This document shows positions 40,977 to 47,318 of a stretch of 47,318 nt of DNA, one piece after another. The position numbers and the translations under genes are program-made. This DNA is from Patescibacteria group bacterium. Lineage in GTDB: Bacteria; Patescibacteriota; Minisyncoccia; Phycocordibacterales; PALSA-1337. The notes beneath the pieces are model-generated. The model ran no database searches and was not told where the DNA came from. It worked only from the letters and a program-made list of their open reading frames with translations. The stretch covers positions 1-47,318 of the forward strand of contig JAGWLA010000002.1 of assembly GCA_028865095.1 (NCBI GenBank). Direction: 5' to 3'. Position 1 is the stretch's first letter. Each line of letters starts with the position of its first letter.

Positions 40977-42128
40977 TTATACGGCACCATAGGCCGCGAG
41001 CCAATCGAGGAGGCTGCGGAGCGGCGTGCGGGCGGCGCAGACATGCTTGTCGCCGCCGCCGTAATAGACATGCAGCATGCCGTCTTTCACCACCGCCCCC
41101 GACGCATAGACGACGCCGGGCTTGCCGTCGTTCTCGTAGGGCGCTTCGGGAAGGAGGATCGGCTCGGGCGAGCGGTAGAGCACCCTCGTCGGCTCGTCGG
41201 GATCGAGCACCAGGGCGCCGACGCTATATCCGACGGCCTTGCGGGGGTCGCGCTCGTCGAACGCGTGATAGAGCACCAGCCAGCCGAGCCCGGTCCGGAT
41301 TGGCGGCGAGCCGGTCCCGCGCATGCGCCGGTCCCAATGGCCCGCGCGGCCCGGGTCGGCATATCCCCACCCTCCGTGGTCGGAGGCGCTGTCGATCTGC
41401 CGCTTCCCGAAGAAGTCGTCGACGCTGTCGACATAGTCGATGAGCACTTTCGGCGAGAGGCCGTGCAGTATGGCGAATTTCCCGCGGATCTTCTCGGGGA
41501 AGAGCACCCAGTTCTTGTTGCGCTTCCTGGCGGGCGAGATGAGCACCGGGCGCTTCCATGCCCAGCGCCGGCGCTTGAGGTCGTCGAGGCCGATGGAAGT
41601 GACGGCGATGCGCATGCTCTCCCAGCCCTCGAACGCCATATAGGTCATGTATACCCGGTCGCCGATGCGGACGGCCCGGGGGTCTTCCGCGCCGCCCCAG
41701 CCTCCGCCGGAAGGATGCTCGGCGATGTCATAGCCGTGCGGCCCGGGGACGCGCATCGGGTCGGGCATGCCGAAGCCGGGCTGCGGATTGAAGACCGGGA
41801 ACGGGGAGCGGTACGACACGTCGAGCCCGTCGGGGCTCCGGGCATAGCCGATCCGCGATATGCCGTCGCCGCCGATGGCCCGATAGAAGAGGTGGACCGT
41901 CCCTTCGTCGTCGCAGACAGCGGCCGGGTTGAACGTGCCCTCGCTTTCCCACTCGACATGGGGCTGGGGCGATATGAGGGGGTTGCGGGCGTGCCGCGAG
42001 AGCCCGGCGGCCGGCCTTCCGGCCGCGCGCTTCCTTTTCCGCCGCGCTGCGCCCTGGACGATGACGCATATGAAGGCGATCGCCGCTACGACCAGCGCTG
42101 CGAGAGCGACGATGATAGCGGGGTCCAT
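40977..42128 (-). CDS. GH130-like protein with an N-terminal TM anchor followed by RRKRKR
   Basis: Shows MDPAIIVALAALVVAAIAFICVIV, NPLISPQPHVEWESEGTFNPAAV and GGAEDPRAVRIGDRVYMTYMAF. Confidence 0.7.
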   Translation of the reverse strand: MDPAIIVALAALVVAAIAFICVIVQGAARRKRKRAAGRPAAGLSRHARNPLISPQPHVEWESEGTFNPAAVCDDEGTVHLFYRAIGGDGISRIGYARSPDGLDVSYRSPFPVFNPQPGFGMPDPMRVPGPHGYDIAEHPSGGGWGGAEDPRAVRIGDRVYMTYMAFEGWESMRIAVTSIGLDDLKRRRWAWKRPVLISPARKRNKNWVLFPEKIRGKFAILHGLSPKVLIDYVDSVDDFFGKRQIDSASDHGGWGYADPGRAGHWDRRMRGTGSPPIRTGLGWLVLYHAFDERDPRKAVGYSVGALVLDPDEPTRVLYRSPEPILLPEAPYENDGKPGVVYASGAVVKDGMLHVYYGGGDKHVCAARTPLRSLLDWLAAYGAV

Positions 42129-42216
42129 CGGGCTTTAGAGAGGCGCTGGACGCGTCGAGCCGCCGTCCGACCATGACGGCGCACGCCTGTGGCGAGGGAA
42201 TCGCATTATCGACGTC

Positions 42217-42225
42217 AGTATATCA
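42217..42225 (-). promoter_or_regulatory. Extended -10 (TGaTATACT) upstream of the GH130 operon
   Basis: On the minus strand, tgatatact is at 42225-42217, followed by a leader of about 80 nt to the ATG at 42128. Confidence 0.4.
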
Positions 42226-42236
42226 CCGCCGGGCCT

Positions 42237-42923
42237 TTACGGGCGCGCCTCCTGTGAATAACCCATCGCCAGATCCCGCTTGAAGGCCTTCTTGGCGATG
42301 GCGAATATGGCGTAGGTGATGAAGAACGCCGAAGCGACGTCGATGGAATAGTGGAGGTGCCCCATGAGGACGACGGCCGCGAAGAAGGCCGCCGCGACGA
42401 GGCAGAACGCCCGCGTCCGCCGATCCGCCCAGAAGACGAGCGCCATCAGGAACGGCAAGCCGGTATGGCCCGAGAAGAAGAGGTCCGATCCCGACCCGAA
42501 GAAAGCGAAATAGAGGTCGCCGTGGAAGGCGGTCTGCAGCCAGCCGGTGCCGACGGAGTCGATGACGACGTGGTCGGGGTACGGGCCGATATGGGTGAGA
42601 GTGATGAAAGCCGACCGGACGACGACGAATAGGGCGATGCTCTTCAGGGCGAAAGGTATGCGCTCGGGCTTCCACAGCAGGAAGACGGCGATGGCCGCCC
42701 AGAAGACGATCGGCCCCCAGACGAACGCCCAGTCGACGTCGAATACGGGGATGTTGGAGAGGACGATGTCGCTCACCGGGCTCGAAGCGCGGTCGAAGGC
42801 GTAGAGGGCGGCGAAGTACATCACGACCACGCTCGCGGCGAGCATGGCGGCCGATGCCGCCAGCGACCAGAGATAGCGGCGGTCGCGGAGCAAGGCTCGG
42901 TATCGGGGGAGGATGTCCTTCAT
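42237..42923 (-). CDS. PAP2-superfamily membrane phosphatase/transferase (PAP2_C-like)
   Basis: Multi-TM protein with FFSGHTGLPF and MGHLHYSIDVASAF (the SGH and HxxxD motifs). Confidence 0.65.
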   Translation of the reverse strand: MKDILPRYRALLRDRRYLWSLAASAAMLAASVVVMYFAALYAFDRASSPVSDIVLSNIPVFDVDWAFVWGPIVFWAAIAVFLLWKPERIPFALKSIALFVVVRSAFITLTHIGPYPDHVVIDSVGTGWLQTAFHGDLYFAFFGSGSDLFFSGHTGLPFLMALVFWADRRTRAFCLVAAAFFAAVVLMGHLHYSIDVASAFFITYAIFAIAKKAFKRDLAMGYSQEARP

Positions 42924-42930
42924 GGCTGCG

Positions 42931-43101
42931 TCAGATATAATCGGCCAGCCTGAATCCTGCCCATATGCCGGCCAGGCCCCCGGCGGCGCTCAAGACGATC
43001 GACGAGAAGGAAAGGAACCCTCCGCCCCAGATGAGAGGGATCGACCCGCCGACGGTCGATCCGGCGAACAGCCCTATCCAGATCAATGTCTTCCTGTTCA
43101 T
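42931..43101 (-). CDS. Small Gly-rich two-TM membrane protein (56 aa)
   Basis: Sequence MNRKTLIWIGLFAGSTVGGSIPLIWGGGFLSFSSIVLSAAGGLAGIWAGFRLADYI. A perfect extended -10 lies 9 nt upstream. The longer 43164 start would run into the tRNA. Confidence 0.45.
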   Translation of the reverse strand: MNRKTLIWIGLFAGSTVGGSIPLIWGGGFLSFSSIVLSAAGGLAGIWAGFRLADYI

Positions 43102-43110
43102 ATGACGCCG

Positions 43111-43119
43111 ATTATAGCA
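43111..43119 (-). promoter_or_regulatory. Consensus extended -10 (TGcTATAAT) sitting in the loop of a 7-bp hairpin between tRNA-Cys and the small ORF
   Basis: The minus strand reads GACGCCGtaTGcTATAATCGGCGTCatATG. The stem is 43104-43110 / 43122-43128. Confidence 0.45.
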
Positions 43120-43135
43120 TACGGCGTCGCGCGTG

Positions 43136-43207
43136 AGGCCACGGCGGGAATCGAACCCGCGCATATCGGTTTTGCAGACCGACGAATTACCACTTTTCTA
43201 CGTGGCC
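43136..43207 (-). tRNA. tRNA-Cys (anticodon GCA)
   Basis: Manual cloverleaf: acceptor GGCCACG/CGTGGCC; D arm GAAA-AGTGGTA-ATTC with an A13-A22 mismatch; anticodon stem TCGGT/ACCGA with loop CTGCAAA; T arm GCGGG-TTCGATT-CCCGC; discriminator U73. CCA is not encoded. Confidence 0.85.
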
Positions 43208-43238
43208 GCGAAGTGAAGTATAGAGCATAACGGGAAAA

Positions 43239-43325
43239 GTATGAAGTATAAATAAAGTATAAAGTATAAAGTATGAAGTATGATGTATAAAGCATGAAGT
43301 ATGATGTATAAAGCATGAAGTATGG
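43239..43325. repeat. Tandem heptamer array GTATRAW (about 12 copies), left arm of an inverted pair
   Basis: Units are GTATGAA, GTATAAA, GTATGAT and GCATGAA. A 21-nt super-unit GTATGAT-GTATAAA-GCATGAA occurs twice. The array is AT-rich in a GC-rich genome. Confidence 0.85.
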
Positions 43326-43344
43326 TTCAGGTGCGACTATACCC

Positions 43345-43435
43345 CATACCTCATACCTCATACCTCATACCTCATACCTCATACCTCATACCCCATACCT
43401 CATACTTCATACCCCATACCTCATACTTCATACTT
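43345..43435. repeat. Tandem heptamer array CATACYY (13 copies), right arm, inverted relative to the left arm
   Basis: CATACCT occurs six times, followed by CATACCC-CATACCT-CATACTT twice and one more CATACTT. Degenerate copies run into the rbfA stop region. Confidence 0.85.
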
Positions 43436-43444
43436 ACTTCATTC

Positions 43445-43777
43445 TTACATACCCCGCATATCCTTCTCGATCTCATCCAGGCGCTGGCGGTTCTTCTCCC
43501 CTTTGTCGAGCTCCGCGTCGAAGAACGGCACCCGCATCATGCGCGCATGCTCGCCGACGTATTCCCGGAAGTCGCCCAGCCGCCGCTTCATGAAGTCGAG
43601 CGCCGCCGCTTCCTGGTCCTCGGGCATGACCGTGAAGAGGACGGTCGCCCTGCCGTTGCGGCTCTTGAGGTCGACGCCGGTGACGGTGATGAGCGAGGTG
43701 CGGTTCGATTCCTTCGAGAAGAAATCCGCGGCCAGCCCGCGCAGCAGCTCTTTCAGCTTGAGGCTCTTCTGGTCCAT
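43445..43777 (-). CDS. rbfA: Ribosome-binding factor A
   Basis: 110 aa, with the LITVTGVDLKSRNGRATVLF and RVPFFDAELDKG pattern. It lies immediately downstream of infB. Confidence 0.85.
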   Translation of the reverse strand: MDQKSLKLKELLRGLAADFFSKESNRTSLITVTGVDLKSRNGRATVLFTVMPEDQEAAALDFMKRRLGDFREYVGEHARMMRVPFFDAELDKGEKNRQRLDEIEKDMRGM

Positions 43778-43781
43778 GGCG

Positions 43782-45347
43782 TCAGGGCTTCTTCTCGACC
43801 AGGCGGACGGACTCGATGCGGTCGCCGGCGGCGATCTCCGCTTTGGATTCGACCATCACGCCGAACTCGTGGCCTTCCGCCACGTCGCGGGCGCGCGCTT
43901 TCTTCTCCTGGAGGTCGCGGACCTTGCCGCGGCCGATCTCCGCGTCGCGGCGGAGGATGCGGACGTCGTCTCCCAGGGCGATGGTGCCGGATTCGACCTT
44001 GCCGCCGACGACCTGCTTGTCCTTCTCCTTGGAGAAGAGGGCCAGGATCTTGGCCCGGCCGGTCGATTCCTCGGCGTATTCCTTGGGGACTTTGGCGAGA
44101 AGGGAGGCGCGGACGAAGTCGGCGAGCTCATATATGACCTTGAACGACTTCACGGCGAGAGGGACGGGGGAGCGTTCGATGACCGCCGCGGATTTCCGGT
44201 CGGGCGCGGCGTTGAACCCGACGATGACGATGGAAGGGTCGCTCTGGGCCGATTTGACGTCGTTCTCGTTGATGTCGCCGATGCCTTCCGAGACGATCTT
44301 CAGGGCCGCCCGGTCGTGGCGTATCGCGGCCAGCTCGTGCATGACGCCCTCGAGGGAGCCGATGGCGTCGGCTTTGACGATGAGCGGCAGGACCACGGGC
44401 CCGGCCGAGCCTTTCTCGCCCGGCTTGAGCTTGTCGGCCGCGACCGAGGGCAGCGGCACGGCCGCAGCCTTAGGGGCGCGGGCCTTCGATGCCGCCGTGG
44501 CGGCCGCGGCCTCCTTCTCGGCCTCTTTCTTGCTGGCCGCCGTCGTCCACGCCGACCCGCACTCGGGGGCCTGGCTCCAGCCGACGATGACGGCCGGCAT
44601 CGAAGGGCCGGCCCGCTCTATCTTGGCGCGGTTGAAGTCCTCGATGAAGCGCACCGGCGCGAAAGCGCCGCCGGCCACGATGAACGAGCCTGTCTCGAGC
44701 GTCCCGTCCTTGACCAGGAGGGTGGCCGTCACGCCTTTGCGGGTGTCTAGCTCCGATTCGACGACCACGCCGGACGCGGGGGCGGAAAGGTCGGCTTTCA
44801 GGCCGGCGAGCTCGGCGACCAGGACGATCATGTCCAGGAGCTCGGGGACGCCCGCGCCCGTCAGGGCGGAAAGGGCGACGCAGGGCACGTCGCCGCCCCA
44901 GCCTTCGACATAGACTTCGTGCTCGGCGAGGGAGGTCTTGGTCCGGTCGACGTCGGCGTTCGGCTTGTCGATCTTGTTGATGGCGACGATGAAGGGGATC
45001 TTAGCGGCGCGTATCTCGCTCAGCGCTTCGACGGTCTGCGGCTTGACGCCGTCTTCCGCGGAGACCACCAGGATGGCGATGTCGGCCGCCTGGGCCCCGC
45101 GCTCGCGGATCGAGCAGAACGCAGCGTGGCCGGGGGTGTCGAGGAACGTGATCTGGTGGCGGACGCCGTCCGAAGCGGAATGCTCCGCCTGGTAGGCGCC
45201 GACGTGCTGGGTGATGCCGCCGGCTTCGCCGGCCACGATGTTCGACTGGCGGATGCGGTCGAGGAGGGTCGATTTCCCATGGTCGATATGGCCCATGACG
45301 ACGACCACGGGAGGGCGGGGAACCAGATTGTGCTGGTCTTTTTGCAT
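43782..45347 (-). CDS. infB: Translation initiation factor IF-2 (short form, no long N-terminal region)
   Basis: Shows [27 protein letters not shown] and NKIDK. The ATG at 45347 was chosen because the TTG at 45371 lies inside the predicted promoter. Confidence 0.9.
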   Translation of the reverse strand: MQKDQHNLVPRPPVVVVMGHIDHGKSTLLDRIRQSNIVAGEAGGITQHVGAYQAEHSASDGVRHQITFLDTPGHAAFCSIRERGAQAADIAILVVSAEDGVKPQTVEALSEIRAAKIPFIVAINKIDKPNADVDRTKTSLAEHEVYVEGWGGDVPCVALSALTGAGVPELLDMIVLVAELAGLKADLSAPASGVVVESELDTRKGVTATLLVKDGTLETGSFIVAGGAFAPVRFIEDFNRAKIERAGPSMPAVIVGWSQAPECGSAWTTAASKKEAEKEAAAATAASKARAPKAAAVPLPSVAADKLKPGEKGSAGPVVLPLIVKADAIGSLEGVMHELAAIRHDRAALKIVSEGIGDINENDVKSAQSDPSIVIVGFNAAPDRKSAAVIERSPVPLAVKSFKVIYELADFVRASLLAKVPKEYAEESTGRAKILALFSKEKDKQVVGGKVESGTIALGDDVRILRRDAEIGRGKVRDLQEKKARARDVAEGHEFGVMVESKAEIAAGDRIESVRLVEKKP

Positions 45348-45361
45348 AGGAAAGGAGCCCC

Positions 45362-45390
45362 AGTGTAGCAAAGAACGCTGGAATTGACAA
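45362..45390 (-). promoter_or_regulatory. Promoter TTGTCA-17-(TGc)TACACT for infB
   Basis: On the minus strand, TTGTCA is at 45390-45385 and TGcTACACT at 45370-45362. The ATG is 14 nt downstream, with no Shine-Dalgarno sequence. Confidence 0.5.
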
Positions 45391-45426
45391 CGTTTTATGG
45401 ATGTGATGTCGCCGACGGGGCGCGGG

Positions 45427-45906
45427 CTAAGCCACGCCTTTCATGGACTCCTCGAGCGCTTCGCGCTCTTCGTCCGACAATTCATGCTCGGACGACCCTC
45501 GCTTCACCGGCTTGGCGAAGACGCTGACGTGGTCGCGGGAATAGAGCGACGAGACGATGACGCCGTCGCCGCTCTCCGTCAGGAACGCCGTGGCGAAGCT
45601 CTGGTTGCCTCCGCCGCCGGTGCCTTTGAACGGGTTGAAGCGGACGGTATGCACCGACTGGACGCTCTTCTTGAGGCGCCTCTCGACGGTGGCGAGATAG
45701 CCCTCGATCTCCTCGCGGAACGCTCTGAGAGCGGAGAGGTCCGACGTGACCGCGCGCAGCGACCCTTCGAGGTCCGACGCTCCGCTGCCGACGAGGAAGC
45801 GCTTCAGCTTCATCCAGAGCGCGCCGACCGCGACGGCGAGGACGAGCACGGCGGCGGCGAGGGCGACGACGGCTATGAAGAGGGGGTCGGTTGTAAGCGA
45901 TGCCAT
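45427..45906 (-). CDS. DUF4446-family membrane-anchored protein
   Basis: N-terminal TM segment LFIAVVALAAAVLVLAVAVGALW, and VRFNPFKGTGGGGNQSFATAFL...VIVSSLYSRDHVSVFAKPV. Confidence 0.65.
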   Translation of the reverse strand: MASLTTDPLFIAVVALAAAVLVLAVAVGALWMKLKRFLVGSGASDLEGSLRAVTSDLSALRAFREEIEGYLATVERRLKKSVQSVHTVRFNPFKGTGGGGNQSFATAFLTESGDGVIVSSLYSRDHVSVFAKPVKRGSSEHELSDEEREALEESMKGVA

Positions 45907-45910
45907 GGCG

Positions 45911-45922
45911 ACATTATAATGT
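45911..45922. promoter_or_regulatory. Perfect 12-nt palindrome acattataatgt that gives a TATAAT on both strands between divergent genes
   Basis: On the minus strand TATAAT lies 6 nt before ATG 45906. On the plus strand TATAAT (45915-45920) lies 15 nt before ATG 45936. Confidence 0.5.
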
Positions 45923-45935
45923 ATCGACACGAACG

Positions 45936-47105
45936 ATGTCCAAGCGCATATATCTCGATCACGCATCGCTGACGCCCATCGACCCGCGCGTCACCCGCGC
46001 CATGGGGCGCTATGCTTCGCCGTCATACGCCAACCCGTCGTCGATCTATGCCGAAGGGGCGGCCGCCCGGCGCGCCCTCGAAGAGGGCCGGAAGGCCGTA
46101 GCCGGCTTCCTCGGAGCCCGTCCCGGGGAGGTCGTCTTCACCGGCAGCGGCACCGAAGCCAACGCCCTCGCCCTCGAAGGGGCCGTCCGGGCGGCGATCC
46201 GGGCGAGGTCGAAAGCCCCGCACATCGTCATCTCTTCGGTCGAGCATTCGTCGGTCAGGGAAGCCGCCGCCGCGCTGGAGCGGGACGGGTGCAGGGTCGA
46301 CCGCCTGCCGGTCGGCGCCGATGGCGCCGTCTCGGCCGCTGCCGCGGGCCACGCCATCGGGCCGGACACCGTCATCGTCTCCGTCATGGCGGTCAACAAC
46401 GAGACCGGCGCGATCCAGCCCGTCCGCGACATCGCCAAAGCCGTCAAGAAGGCCCGGGCGGCGTCCGGCGGCCCTTATCCGCTCTTCCATACCGACGCCG
46501 CCCAAGCCGTCCTCTATGAAGATATCGGCGTCGAAAGGCTCGGCGCCGACCTTCTGACTCTCGACGGGGGCAAAGCTTGCGGCCCCCGGGGCATCGGCGC
46601 CCTCTATGTCAGGAGCTGCGTCCCGCTCGAGCCGGTCATCCGCGGAGGCGGGCAGGAGCACGGCGTGCGCTCCGGCACGGAGAACCTTCCCGCCATCATG
46701 GGGCTGGCCGAAGCCCTGCGCCTGGGCGCGGCATGCCGCGAAGCCGAGCGGGCCCGGGTGGCATCCCTGAAAGAGGCTTTCTTGGCCGGGCTCATGGAGA
46801 TAAGGCCGGACGCCTCCGTCAACGGCCCGGCCGCCGGCTCTTCCGGCCTTTCCGCGCCCCATATCCTGAACGTCTCCATCCCCGGCATCGACAACGAGTT
46901 CCTGGTCCTCCAGCTCGACGCCCGCGGCATCGCCTGCTCGACCAAGAGCTCCTGCCTGCGCGACCAGGACGATTCCTATGTCCTCGCGGCCATGGGAGCC
47001 GACGGGCGCTCGTCCGTCAGGTTCTCGTTCGGCCGCACCACCCGGCCGCGGGACGTCAGGAAGGCCCTGGCGGCCCTCCGGGCCCTTTTGCGGCCCGAAC
47101 GTTGA
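45936..47105 (+). CDS. Cysteine desulfurase (NifS/IscS-like class V aminotransferase)
   Basis: Shows RIYLDHASLTP, FTGSGTEANALAL, the PLP-Lys region LTLDGGKACGPRGIGALYVR, and a Cys loop GIACSTKSSC. Confidence 0.8.
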   Translation: MSKRIYLDHASLTPIDPRVTRAMGRYASPSYANPSSIYAEGAAARRALEEGRKAVAGFLGARPGEVVFTGSGTEANALALEGAVRAAIRARSKAPHIVISSVEHSSVREAAAALERDGCRVDRLPVGADGAVSAAAAGHAIGPDTVIVSVMAVNNETGAIQPVRDIAKAVKKARAASGGPYPLFHTDAAQAVLYEDIGVERLGADLLTLDGGKACGPRGIGALYVRSCVPLEPVIRGGGQEHGVRSGTENLPAIMGLAEALRLGAACREAERARVASLKEAFLAGLMEIRPDASVNGPAAGSSGLSAPHILNVSIPGIDNEFLVLQLDARGIACSTKSSCLRDQDDSYVLAAMGADGRSSVRFSFGRTTRPRDVRKALAALRALLRPER

Positions 47106-47130
47106 CTTCGGAGGGGCTTTTTGATAGCGT
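47102..47130 (+). promoter_or_regulatory. Promoter TTGACT-17-(TGa)TAGCGT upstream of rpsB
   Basis: TTGACT at 47102-47107 overlaps the desulfurase stop; TGaTAGCGT is at 47122-47130; ATG at 47140. Confidence 0.45.
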
Positions 47131-47139
47131 ATAGCCCAC

Positions 47140-47318
47140 ATGTCCACATCAACAACGACCAAAAGCATAGAGACGATGTTCTCCGTCGGAGCCCATTTCG
47201 GTCTCGGCCGCTCGCGCCGCCATCCGTCGGCTGCCAAGTACATCTTCGGCACCAAGAACCGCACCGACATATTCGACCTCGAGAAGACCGTCCCCATGCT
47301 CGACGCCGCCAAGGCTTT
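47140..47318 (+). CDS. rpsB: 30S ribosomal protein S2, 5' part (runs off the window)
   Basis: Reads MSTSTTTKSIETMFSVGAHFGLGRSRRHPSAAKYIFGTKNRTDIFDLEKTVPMLDAAKA, matching the conserved S2 N-terminus (GxHFGH..R.W.P....YIFG.RN...IIDL.KT). Confidence 0.8.
   Translation, partial: MSTSTTTKSIETMFSVGAHFGLGRSRRHPSAAKYIFGTKNRTDIFDLEKTVPMLDAAKA

Noticed and set aside
43239-43435. Whether the repeat cluster is a CRISPR array.
   Set aside because: The units are 7 nt long, contiguous, have no unique spacers, and are arranged as two inverted arms. There are no cas genes apart from generic Cas4-like nuclease folds elsewhere.
43098-44137. ORFs 43098-43361 (-), 43315-43593 (+) and 43322-44137 (+), which encode repetitive peptides such as YTSYFMLYTSYF and HTSYLIPHTSYLIPHT.
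   Set aside because: They are translations of the heptamer DNA arrays (a 7-nt unit gives a 21-nt, or 7-aa, periodic peptide). They overlap tRNA-Cys or run antisense to rbfA and infB.

Overview
GC-rich bacterial chromosomal segment (roughly 60-65% GC by eye, standard genetic code), densely packed with housekeeping genes on both strands. Gene order is: SHOCT tail, nrnA, cyclophilin, membrane protein, rlmH, a short Ogt-like protein, a Cas4/RecB-like nuclease, a minus-strand response regulator / histidine kinase / unknown operon, rpsP, KH protein, trmD, rpoB-rpoC, dnaG-rpoD, a 1031-aa secreted wall-binding protein, a UvrD-type helicase fused to a nuclease, DsbA-like protein, DEDD exonuclease, hisS, truB, typA, an adenylate-kinase-like orphan, a compact type IV pilus-like operon, a D-Ala-D-Ala carboxypeptidase, a GH130 / HAD-IIB sugar operon, PAP2, tRNA-Cys, rbfA-infB, DUF4446, cysteine desulfurase and the start of rpsB. 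The short IF-2, the secretin-less pilus operon, the peptidoglycan-anchored surface protein and the fragmented classical operons fit a reduced monoderm genome, possibly Patescibacteria/CPR-like; this is inference only. The points most worth follow-up are listed here. (1) About a dozen genes have a -10 box 6-9 nt upstream of the ATG, implying leaderless mRNAs, and three divergent gene pairs share one palindromic -10. (2) The pilus operon includes a pilin-signal/LVIVD beta-propeller fusion and a 53-aa mini-pilin ORF that is absent from the ORF track. (3) An AT-rich pair of inverted heptamer arrays between rbfA and tRNA-Cys pairs well only as minus-strand RNA. (4) A promoter-plus-terminator-bounded candidate sRNA of about 180 nt lies downstream of typA. 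(5) TTGAG direct repeats with 11-bp period occur next to the two-component genes and over the pilB promoter. (6) A lower-GC orphan gene is inserted antisense between the KH gene and trmD. No CRISPR array, rRNA gene or recognisable mobile element was seen. All domain calls rest on motifs read by eye, not on database searches.
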